Assembly: GCF_000801205.1 (NCBI RefSeq)
Contig: NZ_CP009685.1
DNA length: 32,000 bases
Strand: one strand, 5' to 3'
DNA from: Escherichia coli str. K-12 substr. MG1655
GTDB taxonomy: Bacteria; Pseudomonadota; Gammaproteobacteria; Enterobacterales; Enterobacteriaceae
The translations under genes were made by a program, and so were the position numbers. This document shows positions 1-11,318 of this stretch, piece by piece. The notes beneath the pieces were generated by a model, which worked only from the letters and a program-made list of their open reading frames with translations, had not been told where the DNA came from and searched no databases. Numbering within the stretch: the first letter of the stretch is position 1; every line of letters begins with the position of its first letter.

Positions 1-2418
<2,418 letters not shown>

Positions 2419-2423
2419 ACACT

Positions 2424-2829
2424 GCCGGATGCGGCGCGAGCGCCTTATCCGGCCTACGGGTCGGCAACAGTTGTAGGCCTGATAAGACGCGACAGCGTCG
2501 CATCAGGCATTGATTGCCGGATGCGGCACAAGTGCCTTATCCGGCCTACAGGTCGGCAATAGTTGTAGGCCTGATAAGACGCGACAGCGTCGCATCAGGC
2601 ATTGATTGCCGGATGCGGCACAAGTGCCTTATCCGGCCTACAGGTCGGCAACAGTTGTAGGCCTGATAAGACGCGACAGCGTCGCATCAGGCATTGATTG
2701 CCGGATGCGGCACAAGTGCCTTATCAGGCCTACAGGTCGGCAATAGTTGTAGGCCTGATAAGACGCGACAGCGTCGCATCAGGCATTGATTGCCGGATGC
2801 GGCGCGAGCGCCTTATCCGGCCTACGGGT
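2424..2829. repeat. REP/BIME array: five GCCGGATGCGGC-type units alternating with four inverted GCCTGATAAGACGCG...CGTCGCATCAGGC units, exact 92-bp period
   Basis: GCCGGATGCGG begins at 2424, 2516, 2608, 2700 and 2792 (spacing 92 each time), with the inverted-orientation units between them. Confidence 0.95.
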
Positions 2830-2868
2830 CGTGCATCCGACAACACCGAATTTACAGGAACACAGAAC

Positions 2869-3693
2869 ATGCAAAACATTACTCAGTCCTGGTTTGTCCA
2901 GGGAATGATCAAAGCCACCACCGACGCCTGGCTGAAAGGCTGGGATGAGCGCAACGGCGGCAACCTGACGCTACGCCTGGATGACGCCGATATCGCACCA
3001 TATCACGACAATTTCCACCAACAACCGCGCTATATCCCGCTCAGCCAGCCCATGCCTTTACTGGCAAATACACCGTTTATTGTCACCGGCTCGGGCAAAT
3101 TCTTCCGTAACGTCCAGCTTGATCCTGCGGCTAACTTAGGCATCGTAAAAGTCGACAGCGACGGCGCGGGCTACCACATTCTTTGGGGGTTAACCAACGA
3201 AGCCGTCCCCACTTCCGAACTTCCGGCTCACTTCCTTTCCCACTGCGAGCGCATTAAAGCCACCAACGGCAAAGATCGGGTGATCATGCACTGCCACGCC
3301 ACCAACCTGATCGCCCTCACCTATGTACTTGAAAACGACACCGCGGTCTTCACTCGCCAACTGTGGGAAGGCAGCACCGAGTGTCTGGTGGTATTCCCGG
3401 ATGGCGTTGGCATTTTGCCGTGGATGGTGCCCGGCACGGACGAAATCGGCCAGGCGACCGCACAAGAGATGCAAAAACATTCGCTGGTGTTGTGGCCCTT
3501 CCACGGCGTCTTCGGCAGCGGACCGACGCTGGATGAAACCTTCGGTTTAATCGACACCGCAGAAAAATCAGCACAAGTATTAGTGAAGGTTTATTCGATG
3601 GGCGGCATGAAACAGACCATCAGCCGTGAAGAGTTGATAGCGCTCGGCAAGCGTTTCGGCGTTACGCCACTCGCCAGTGCGCTGGCGCTGTAA
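2869..3693 (+). CDS. rhaD: Rhamnulose-1-phosphate aldolase, 274 aa
   Basis: ORF from ATG 2869, [37 protein letters not shown]...; GGAACACAGAAC precedes the ATG; class II aldolase-type sequence. Confidence 0.97.
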
Positions 3694-3702
3694 GGAGCAA
3701 AC

Positions 3703-4017
3703 ATGATCCGCAAAGCCTTTGTCATGCAGGTAAACCCCGACGCCCACGAAGAGTATCAGCGTCGGCATAATCCCATCTGGCCAGAACTGGAAGCAGTGCT
3801 GAAATCTCACGGTGCGCATAACTACGCCATCTATCTCGACAAAGCGCGTAATCTGCTGTTTGCCATGGTAGAGATTGAATCTGAAGAACGCTGGAATGCG
3901 GTTGCCAGCACTGATGTTTGCCAACGTTGGTGGAAATATATGACCGATGTTATGCCCGCTAACCCGGATAACAGCCCGGTGAGTAGCGAGCTGCAAGAAG
4001 TGTTTTACCTGCCGTAA
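3703..4017 (+). CDS. rhaM: L-rhamnose mutarotase, 104 aa
   Basis: [47 protein letters not shown]..., 9 nt after rhaD with RBS AAGGAG. Confidence 0.96.
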
Positions 4018-4025
4018 TTGCCCAA

Positions 4026-4049
4026 TGTGCCAGAGATGCCTCCGGCACA
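4026..4049 (+). terminator. Weak stem-loop after rhaM (TGTGCC...GGCACA) followed by AATATTTT; candidate terminator
   Basis: Inverted repeat TGTGCC/GGCACA with weak T-rich tail, directly 3' of rhaM. Confidence 0.35.
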
Positions 4050-4118
4050 ATATTTTAAATTTCGATTTGAAAAATTAAACATATTACATCTCCCGGTAAG
4101 TTATATTTCCCTGATACA

Positions 4119-4187
4119 TTGTGAGTAAATCACAAAAATAATGAATAACCCATTAATGATTCATGTGGTTTATTTAAATAACCATTA
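4119..4187. promoter_or_regulatory. Candidate frv operon control region: TTGTGA-GTAAA-TCACAA inverted repeat (4119-4135) and AATAACC(C)ATTA direct repeats (4144-4155, 4177-4187)
   Basis: Inverted repeat with 5-nt centre; direct repeats offset by 33 bp in the 300-bp rhaM-frvA gap. Confidence 0.4.
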
Positions 4188-4317
4188 TGTGCATTACTCC
4201 GCAAATCTGACCTTTCACTCTGTCTCAAATTGTCATTGTTTACCGACATATCGCCTCTCATCACTTAATCGCTCCACCATTACAATTGATTAAAATATAT
4301 TTTATGGAGTCCGATTA

Positions 4318-4764
4318 ATGGCAGCTCTTACTGCAAGCTGTATTGACCTGAATATTCAGGGCAATGGCGCTTATTCCGTTCTGAAGCAGTTGGCGACAAT
4401 AGCGTTACAAAACGGTTTTATCACCGACTCACACCAGTTCCTGCAAACCCTGCTGCTGCGCGAAAAAATGCACTCTACTGGATTTGGTTCCGGTGTCGCC
4501 GTGCCGCACGGTAAAAGCGCCTGCGTTAAACAACCGTTCGTATTATTCGCCCGCAAAGCGCAGGCTATTGACTGGAAAGCCAGCGATGGCGAAGACGTCA
4601 ATTGCTGGATCTGCCTCGGCGTGCCGCAAAGCGGCGAAGAGGATCAGGTCAAAATCATCGGCACACTGTGTCGCAAAATTATTCACAAGGAATTTATTCA
4701 TCAACTGCAACAGGGCGATACCGACCAGGTGCTTGCCTTGTTAAATCAAACCCTCAGCTCATAA
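4318..4764 (+). CDS. frvA: PTS EIIA component, fructose/mannitol type, 148 aa
   Basis: MAALTASCIDLNIQGNGAYSVLKQLATIALQNGFITD...; GVAVPHGK motif around the phosphorylatable His. Confidence 0.93.
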   Translation: MAALTASCIDLNIQGNGAYSVLKQLATIALQNGFITDSHQFLQTLLLREKMHSTGFGSGVAVPHGKSACVKQPFVLFARKAQAIDWKASDGEDVNCWICLGVPQSGEEDQVKIIGTLCRKIIHKEFIHQLQQGDTDQVLALLNQTLSS

Positions 4765-4774
4765 GGAAGTGGCG

Positions 4775-6226
4775 ATGGAGTCATCCTTACGTATTGTCGC
4801 GATCACCAACTGCCCCGCCGGGATCGCTCACACCTACATGGTGGCGGAAGCCCTGGAACAGAAAGCCCGTTCTCTCGGTCATACCATAAAAGTGGAAACT
4901 CAAGGGTCCAGTGGCGTTGAAAACCGCTTATCCAGCGAAGAGATTGCCGCTGCCGATTACGTCATTCTCGCTACCGGGCGTGGCCTGAGCGGTGATGATC
5001 GCGCGCGGTTTGCCGGGAAGAAAGTTTATGAGATTGCCATCTCCCAGGCGTTGAAAAATATCGACCAGATTTTCAGCGAATTACCGACAAACTCGCAGCT
5101 TTTTGCCGCAGATAGCGGCGTGAAGCTTGGCAAACAGGAAGTGCAAAGCGGTAGCGTGATGAGCCACCTGATGGCGGGCGTCTCTGCGGCGCTGCCGTTT
5201 GTCATCGGCGGTGGTATCCTGGTGGCGCTTGCCAACATGCTGGTGCAGTTCGGTTTGCCGTATACCGATATGTCGAAAGGCGCGCCGTCGTTTACCTGGG
5301 TAGTTGAATCCATCGGTTACCTTGGCTTCACCTTTATGATCCCCATCATGGGCGCTTATATTGCCTCGTCGATTGCCGATAAACCGGCTTTCGCTCCGGC
5401 GTTTCTGGTTTGCTATCTGGCGAACGACAAAGCGCTGCTCGGCACCCAGTCGGGTGCGGGATTCCTCGGCGCGGTGGTGCTGGGGCTGGCGATTGGCTAT
5501 TTCGTCTTCTGGTTCCGCAAAGTGCGCCTTGGCAAAGCATTACAACCGCTGCTCGGTTCAATGCTGATCCCGTTCGTTACTCTGCTGGTTTTCGGCGTGC
5601 TCACTTACTACGTTATCGGGCCGGTGATGTCCGACCTCATGGGCGGGCTGCTCCACTTCCTGAATACCATTCCTCCATCAATGAAGTTTGCGGCAGCGTT
5701 TCTGGTCGGTGCGATGCTGGCGTTCGATATGGGCGGCCCCATCAATAAAACCGCCTGGTTCTTCTGCTTCTCACTGCTGGAAAAACACATTTATGACTGG
5801 TACGCCATCGTCGGCGTTGTCGCGCTGATGCCGCCCGTCGCGGCGGGTCTTGCGACGTTCATTGCGCCCAAACTGTTTACCCGACAGGAAAAAGAGGCTG
5901 CCAGTAGTGCCATTGTGGTCGGTGCCACAGTCGCAACCGAACCGGCTATTCCTTACGCTCTGGCAGCTCCGTTGCCGATGATTACCGCCAATACGCTGGC
6001 GGGCGGCATTACCGGCGTGCTGGTGATCGCTTTCGGAATCAAACGTCTGGCACCTGGTTTGGGTATCTTTGACCCGCTGATCGGCCTGATGTCGCCGGTG
6101 GGTTCGTTTTATCTGGTGCTGGCGATTGGCCTCGCGCTGAACATTTCATTCATTATCGTCCTGAAAGGATTGTGGTTACGCCGCAAAGCGAAAGCCGCGC
6201 AACAGGAGCTTGTCCATGAACATTGA
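4775..6226 (+). CDS. frvB: PTS EIIBC component, fructose type, 483 aa
   Basis: MESSLRIVAITNCPAGIAHTYMVAEALEQKA... (EIIB CPAGIAHT signature) followed by a multi-spanning EIIC domain with MGGPINKTAW; RBS AGGAAG upstream. The ORF track begins at a GTG 6 nt earlier. Confidence 0.94.
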   Translation: MESSLRIVAITNCPAGIAHTYMVAEALEQKARSLGHTIKVETQGSSGVENRLSSEEIAAADYVILATGRGLSGDDRARFAGKKVYEIAISQALKNIDQIFSELPTNSQLFAADSGVKLGKQEVQSGSVMSHLMAGVSAALPFVIGGGILVALANMLVQFGLPYTDMSKGAPSFTWVVESIGYLGFTFMIPIMGAYIASSIADKPAFAPAFLVCYLANDKALLGTQSGAGFLGAVVLGLAIGYFVFWFRKVRLGKALQPLLGSMLIPFVTLLVFGVLTYYVIGPVMSDLMGGLLHFLNTIPPSMKFAAAFLVGAMLAFDMGGPINKTAWFFCFSLLEKHIYDWYAIVGVVALMPPVAAGLATFIAPKLFTRQEKEAASSAIVVGATVATEPAIPYALAAPLPMITANTLAGGITGVLVIAFGIKRLAPGLGIFDPLIGLMSPVGSFYLVLAIGLALNISFIIVLKGLWLRRKAKAAQQELVHEH

Positions 6227-7286
6227 GTTACTGCAACAGTTGTGCGAAGCCAGCGCCGTCAGCGGCGATGAACAGGAAGTTCGCGACATTCTGATAAACA
6301 CGCTGGAACCTTGCGTGAATGAAATCACCTTCGATGGTCTGGGCAGCTTTGTTGCCCGTAAGGGGAATAAAGGTCCAAAAGTTGCCGTTGTCGGACATAT
6401 GGATGAAGTCGGCTTTATGGTCACCCACATCGACGAGAGCGGTTTTCTGCGTTTTACCACCATTGGCGGCTGGTGGAATCAGTCGATGCTCAACCACCGG
6501 GTAACCATACGCACACACAAGGGAGTGAAAATCCCTGGTGTGATTGGTTCCGTCGCGCCTCATGCGTTAACGGAAAAGCAAAAGCAACAACCGCTGTCAT
6601 TTGATGAGATGTTCATTGATATTGGCGCGAACAGTCGCGAAGAGGTGGAAAAGCGCGGCGTGGAAATTGGTAATTTTATTAGCCCGGAAGCCAATTTTGC
6701 CTGCTGGGGCGAAGATAAAGTGGTCGGCAAGGCGTTGGATAACCGCATCGGCTGCGCAATGATGGCTGAACTATTGCAGACGGTGAATAATCCCGAAATT
6801 ACGCTGTATGGCGTTGGCAGTGTGGAAGAAGAAGTTGGGCTACGCGGGGCGCAAACCTCGGCGGAACACATTAAACCGGACGTCGTGATCGTGTTGGATA
6901 CCGCCGTAGCGGGCGATGTTCCGGGCATTGATAACATTAAATACCCGCTGAAACTGGGCCAGGGGCCGGGGCTGATGCTGTTTGACAAGCGCTACTTCCC
7001 CAACCAGAAACTGGTAGCAGCGTTAAAAAGCTGTGCCGCACATAACGATTTACCGCTGCAATTTTCCACCATGAAAACCGGTGCGACGGATGGCGGGCGC
7101 TACAACGTGATGGGCGGCGGGCGTCCGGTTGTCGCGCTGTGTCTGCCAACTCGTTATCTGCACGCCAACAGCGGTATGATTTCAAAAGCCGATTACGAAG
7201 CTCTGCTCACGCTGATACGGGGTTTTCTGACGACCTTAACTGCGGAGAAAGTCAACGCGTTTAGCCAGTTCCGTCAGGTGGATTAA
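6216..7286 (+). CDS. frvX: M42-family metallopeptidase/aminopeptidase-like protein, 356 aa
   Basis: MNIELLQQLCEASAVSGDEQEVRD...GHMDEVGFMVT...GKALDNRIG...SVEEEVGLRGA; overlaps the end of frvB by 11 nt. Confidence 0.93.
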   Translation: MNIELLQQLCEASAVSGDEQEVRDILINTLEPCVNEITFDGLGSFVARKGNKGPKVAVVGHMDEVGFMVTHIDESGFLRFTTIGGWWNQSMLNHRVTIRTHKGVKIPGVIGSVAPHALTEKQKQQPLSFDEMFIDIGANSREEVEKRGVEIGNFISPEANFACWGEDKVVGKALDNRIGCAMMAELLQTVNNPEITLYGVGSVEEEVGLRGAQTSAEHIKPDVVIVLDTAVAGDVPGIDNIKYPLKLGQGPGLMLFDKRYFPNQKLVAALKSCAAHNDLPLQFSTMKTGATDGGRYNVMGGGRPVVALCLPTRYLHANSGMISKADYEALLTLIRGFLTTLTAEKVNAFSQFRQVD

Positions 7287-9034
7287 TGCTAAACGAACGC
7301 CAGTTAAAGATTGTCGATCTGCTGGAGCAACAGCCGCGCACGCCTGGCGAGCTGGCGCAACAGACTGGCGTTTCAGGCAGGACCATCCTGCGTGATATTG
7401 ACTATCTCAACTTCACCCTTAACGGCAAAGCCCGCATTTTCGCCAGTGGCAGTGCGGGCTATCAGCTGGAAATCTTCGAGCGCCGCAGCTTTTTTCAGTT
7501 GCTGCAAAAGCACGATAACGACGATCGGCTGCTGGCGCTGTTATTACTGAATACTTTCACTCCCCGTGCGCAACTCGCCTCGGCGCTTAATTTGCCAGAA
7601 ACGTGGGTAGCAGAGCGTCTGCCCCGGTTAAAACAGCGTTATGAACGCACTTGTTGCCTGGCCAGCCGCCCTGGTTTGGGCCATTTCATTGATGAGACAG
7701 AAGAGAAACGCGTTATCTTGCTGGCGAACTTGCTGCGCAAAGATCCGTTTTTAATTCCGCTGGCGGGCATAACACGAGACAACCTTCAGCATTTATCCAC
7801 GGCCTGCGACAACCAACACCGCTGGCCGCTCATGCAGGGTGATTATCTCTCCAGCCTGATTCTGGCGATTTACGCCCTGCGTAATCAACTGACCGATGAG
7901 TGGCCGCAATATCCCGGTGACGAGATAAAACAAATCGTTGAACATAGCGGTCTGTTTCTTGGTGATAACGCTGTAAGAACCCTGACGGGTTTGATAGAGA
8001 AACAGCATCAGCAAGCGCAGGTAATTTCAGCCGATAATGTGCAGGGGTTGCTGCAAAGGGTGCCGGGCATCGCGTCATTGAATATTATTGATGCGCAGCT
8101 GGTTGAGAATATTACCGGGCATTTATTACGTTGCCTTGCCGCACCAGTGTGGATTGCTGAGCACCGCCAGAGCAGCATGAATAACCTGAAAGCCGCCTGG
8201 CCTGCGGCCTTTGATATGAGTCTGCACTTTATTACGCTACTGCGTGAACAGCTCGATATTCCCCTTTTCGACAGCGATCTGATCGGTTTGTATTTTGCCT
8301 GTGCGCTGGAGCGGCATCAAAACGAACGCCAGCCGATCATTTTGCTCTCGGACCAGAACGCGATTGCCACTATTAATCAGCTCGCCATTGAGCGCGATGT
8401 TTTAAATTGTCGGGTAATTATTGCCCGTAGCTTAAGCGAACTTGTTGCCATTCGCGAAGAGATTGAGCCGTTATTGATCATTAACAACAGCCATTATTTA
8501 CTGGATGACGCGGTAAATAATTACATCACCGTAAAAAATATCATTACGGCTGCCGGTATCGAACAAATAAAACATTTTCTGGCGACGGCATTTATTCGCC
8601 AACAGCCGGAGCGTTTTTTCTCTGCCCCCGGAAGTTTTCATTATTCGAATGTACGCGGTGAAAGCTGGCAACATATTACCCGGCAAATTTGTGCGCAATT
8701 AGTCGCACAACACCATATTACCGCCGATGAAGCACAACGCATCATCGCCCGCGAAGGCGAAGGTGAAAACCTGATTGTTAATCGCCTCGCCATCCCACAT
8801 TGCTGGAGCGAACAGGAGCGACGTTTTCGTGGATTTTTTATTACCCTCGCCCAACCAGTTGAGGTGAATAACGAAGTCATTAACCATGTCTTGATCGCCT
8901 GCGCCGCCGCCGATGCGCGTCATGAGCTAAAAATATTTAGCTATCTGGCAAGCATATTGTGTCAGCATCCGGCGGAGATTATTGCCGGGTTAACAGGATA
9001 TGAGGCATTTATGGAGTTACTTCACAAGGGGTGA
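7286..9034 (+). CDS. frvR: PTS-linked transcriptional regulator/antiterminator-like protein, 582 aa
   Basis: N-terminal HTH (LKIVDLLEQQPRTPGELAQQTGVSGRTILRDIDYL) followed by a long PRD/PTS-type region; TAATG overlap with frvX. Confidence 0.92.
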   Translation: MLNERQLKIVDLLEQQPRTPGELAQQTGVSGRTILRDIDYLNFTLNGKARIFASGSAGYQLEIFERRSFFQLLQKHDNDDRLLALLLLNTFTPRAQLASALNLPETWVAERLPRLKQRYERTCCLASRPGLGHFIDETEEKRVILLANLLRKDPFLIPLAGITRDNLQHLSTACDNQHRWPLMQGDYLSSLILAIYALRNQLTDEWPQYPGDEIKQIVEHSGLFLGDNAVRTLTGLIEKQHQQAQVISADNVQGLLQRVPGIASLNIIDAQLVENITGHLLRCLAAPVWIAEHRQSSMNNLKAAWPAAFDMSLHFITLLREQLDIPLFDSDLIGLYFACALERHQNERQPIILLSDQNAIATINQLAIERDVLNCRVIIARSLSELVAIREEIEPLLIINNSHYLLDDAVNNYITVKNIITAAGIEQIKHFLATAFIRQQPERFFSAPGSFHYSNVRGESWQHITRQICAQLVAQHHITADEAQRIIAREGEGENLIVNRLAIPHCWSEQERRFRGFFITLAQPVEVNNEVINHVLIACAAADARHELKIFSYLASILCQHPAEIIAGLTGYEAFMELLHKG

Positions 9035-9037
9035 ACT

Positions 9038-9062
9038 GTGTCGGATGCGCCGCATCCGACAC
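9038..9062. terminator. Near-perfect stem-loop GTGTCGGATGC-GCC-GCATCCGACAC between convergent frvR and yiiG; REP-like/bidirectional terminator candidate
   Basis: 11-bp perfect inverted repeat with 3-nt loop, immediately after the frvR stop. Confidence 0.7.
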
Positions 9063-9083
9063 TGCATTTATCATCAAAAACGT

Positions 9084-10139
9084 TTAACGCAGGCTATTAT
9101 AGTCATCAACCATTTCGTTGTACTCGCGTAATGCTCTCGGGAAAGAGTCTTCGACCATCCAGCTTGAGTTTGCGTCCTGAAGTTGCTCTTTATCCCAGTC
9201 AGAGTACGGGACTTTATCTCTGATGCGGCGAACGTATTTTTTAGCCTCGAGTTGATACTGGCCTGCCGAATTAATAAACGAGAAATTCATGCCGCCTTTA
9301 TCCGCTTCTTTGGCCTGCGCCACTAGCGTTTCCAGTTCAGACACTTTCTTCATTGCCGCTTCTGCATCAAACTTATCTTGCGATATCAGGTTATTAATTT
9401 GTTTCGCTGAAATCATGACTGCCAGAGAGTAGTAGTGGAATGTTTTCCCTTCTCTTTCTTCAATATTTTTCAGTTCCGCAAGCTGACGCTTATCATTAAT
9501 TTCCTGAATCGCCGCATGATAAGATTCGGCTACAGGTTCAAAGGCTTCCAGATTTTTTAAGAATGTCTGGTGCAGCGTTTTCCCTTTCGCAAACGCATCG
9601 TCTTTATAATTTTCCTGGGTGTAATATTTATCCATTTCGTTAATGGTATTACCCAACGCCACGGCAGCATCGATATAACTCACCGCCACGCCATCAATTG
9701 GTTGCAGCGCAGGCGTTAACGCCACAGCACTTTTTACGCCTTTTTCACACTCAGCGAGGTTGGATTCACTAATGCCGTAGATGCCATAAACAGTACGCTC
9801 TTCACCGGTAGGCCCCTGTTTAAAATCTTTCAGCCAGTCAGCATAACGCGCCAGACTGCGCTGTACCGGGATCTGTAACTTGTTGTAGCACTTGATATAG
9901 ACATCCATTTTTTCGTCGAAAACCGCTTGTTCATCGACCACCGGTTGCGCAGGTGTTTCAGGTTTAGCTTCTGCTTTTGCAACGGGAGCTTCAGTAGGTT
10001 TCGCTTCAGGAGCTGGTGCGGCAGGTTGACTATTGGCAGGCGGGAGCGTTTCTGTTTCGGCTTTTTTATCATCACAACCCGTCAGACCGAGGGACATGAT
10101 GGCGACTATAATAGCGGAAGATAATAAATTCCTTTTCAT
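9084..10139 (-). CDS. yiiG: Putative lipoprotein, 351 aa, function unknown
   Basis: MKRNLLSSAIIVAIMSLGLTGCDDKKAETETLP...: signal peptide with lipobox LTGC, then a Pro/Ala/Glu-rich linker. Confidence 0.93.
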   Translation of the reverse strand: MKRNLLSSAIIVAIMSLGLTGCDDKKAETETLPPANSQPAAPAPEAKPTEAPVAKAEAKPETPAQPVVDEQAVFDEKMDVYIKCYNKLQIPVQRSLARYADWLKDFKQGPTGEERTVYGIYGISESNLAECEKGVKSAVALTPALQPIDGVAVSYIDAAVALGNTINEMDKYYTQENYKDDAFAKGKTLHQTFLKNLEAFEPVAESYHAAIQEINDKRQLAELKNIEEREGKTFHYYSLAVMISAKQINNLISQDKFDAEAAMKKVSELETLVAQAKEADKGGMNFSFINSAGQYQLEAKKYVRRIRDKVPYSDWDKEQLQDANSSWMVEDSFPRALREYNEMVDDYNSLR

Positions 10140-10291
10140 TTAATTGCCTTATAAATATATAGATAAGAGAGTGAACATAATAAATGAAAAAAGAAAACGC
10201 CACTACACGCATTTTGTTTATAAATAAAATAATAAAATTCACGAAATGAATAAGTCCTGCAATTTAATATATTTCGCAGGACTTATTTTAA

Positions 10292-11125
10292 TTAATTGCT
10301 CAAACGCTGCGGATGGGTATAAACCGTTGCCCGACCCGGTTTACAAAAACCTACCAGTGTCAGATTACAGCGCTCAGCCACTTCTACAGCAAGCGTGGTC
10401 GCGGCAGACACCGCAAACAAAATCTCTACGCCGCACATCGCCGACTTTTGCACCATTTCATAACTGGCACGACTGGAAACCAGTACCGCACCTTGCTGCC
10501 AGCTTTCCCCTTCTTGTGACCGGCGGCCTAACAGTTTGTCCAGCGCCACATGGCGACCCACGTCTTCATGCCCGCCGACCAGTTCGCCAGATGGCAACAT
10601 CCAGGCAGCGGCGTGAGTACAACCAGTCAGTTGCCCCACTGGCTGAAAATCGTTGAGATGACGTAATGCATCATCCAGTTTGTTGAGATCAAACGTCTGG
10701 GTGAACGGTAGCGGCTGCACCGGTTTTCCGATGTCATTAAGTTGCTCCACGCCGCATACGCCACAGCCCGTACGTCCCGCCAGCGCCCGGCGGCGCTCCT
10801 TCAACCCCATAAAGCGGCGGCTGGAAAGCTCAATTTGTACTTCAAGACCATTACAGGAAGGAACGACATCCATGCCGAAGATATCGCGCGGACTTTCGAT
10901 AATCCCCTCGGAAAGCGAAAAACCGAGCGCAAAGTACTCAAGGTCTTTGGGCGACGCCATCATCACCACATGCGAAATGCCGTTGTAGACCAGCGCAACG
11001 GGAACTTCTTCCGCGACCTCATCTAACCGTGGGTGTTGTAAATCATCACGCCGCCATAACTCAATTTGACGAACACCTGTGATATTTGTCACATTTTCGA
11101 TTTCTTTTCGCTGTGTTTTTTTCAC
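10292..11125 (-). CDS. fdhD: Formate dehydrogenase accessory sulfurtransferase, 277 aa
   Basis: [49 protein letters not shown]...; conserved GRTGCGVCG Cys motif. Confidence 0.96.
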
Positions 11126-11218
11126 TTTCTCTTAACCAGATAAGAACACACACACCAACATTATGGTATTCTGTTACAAACCCTTCCTGGATGGAGGGAA
11201 ATTGAGCCAATTCTGGAC

Positions 11219-11240
11219 CTTTGCGGCCCCTTCCGCAAAG
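11219..11240. other. Perfect 8-bp stem-loop CTTTGCGG-CCCCTT-CCGCAAAG in the fdhD/fdoG divergent region
   Basis: Direct inverted repeat about 79 nt upstream of the fdoG ATG. Confidence 0.6.
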
Positions 11241-11318
11241 AAAAATAACTCCCACTCCCTGCACACGCAGCAAGCGAATGTAAATGGGACGTGACAATGT
11301 CGAAACAAGGAGCAATCC

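Noticed and set aside
2424-2829. Regularly spaced repeats resembling a CRISPR array
   Set aside because: Both repeat and spacer parts are near-identical between periods and contain alternating REP palindromes; there are no unique spacers and no cas genes.
2698-2868. N-terminally extended ORF into rhaD (track ORF starting at 2698, 331 aa)
   Set aside because: The extra 57 codons are translated REP/BIME repeat; the ATG at 2869 has an appropriate upstream region and gives the expected 274-aa RhaD.
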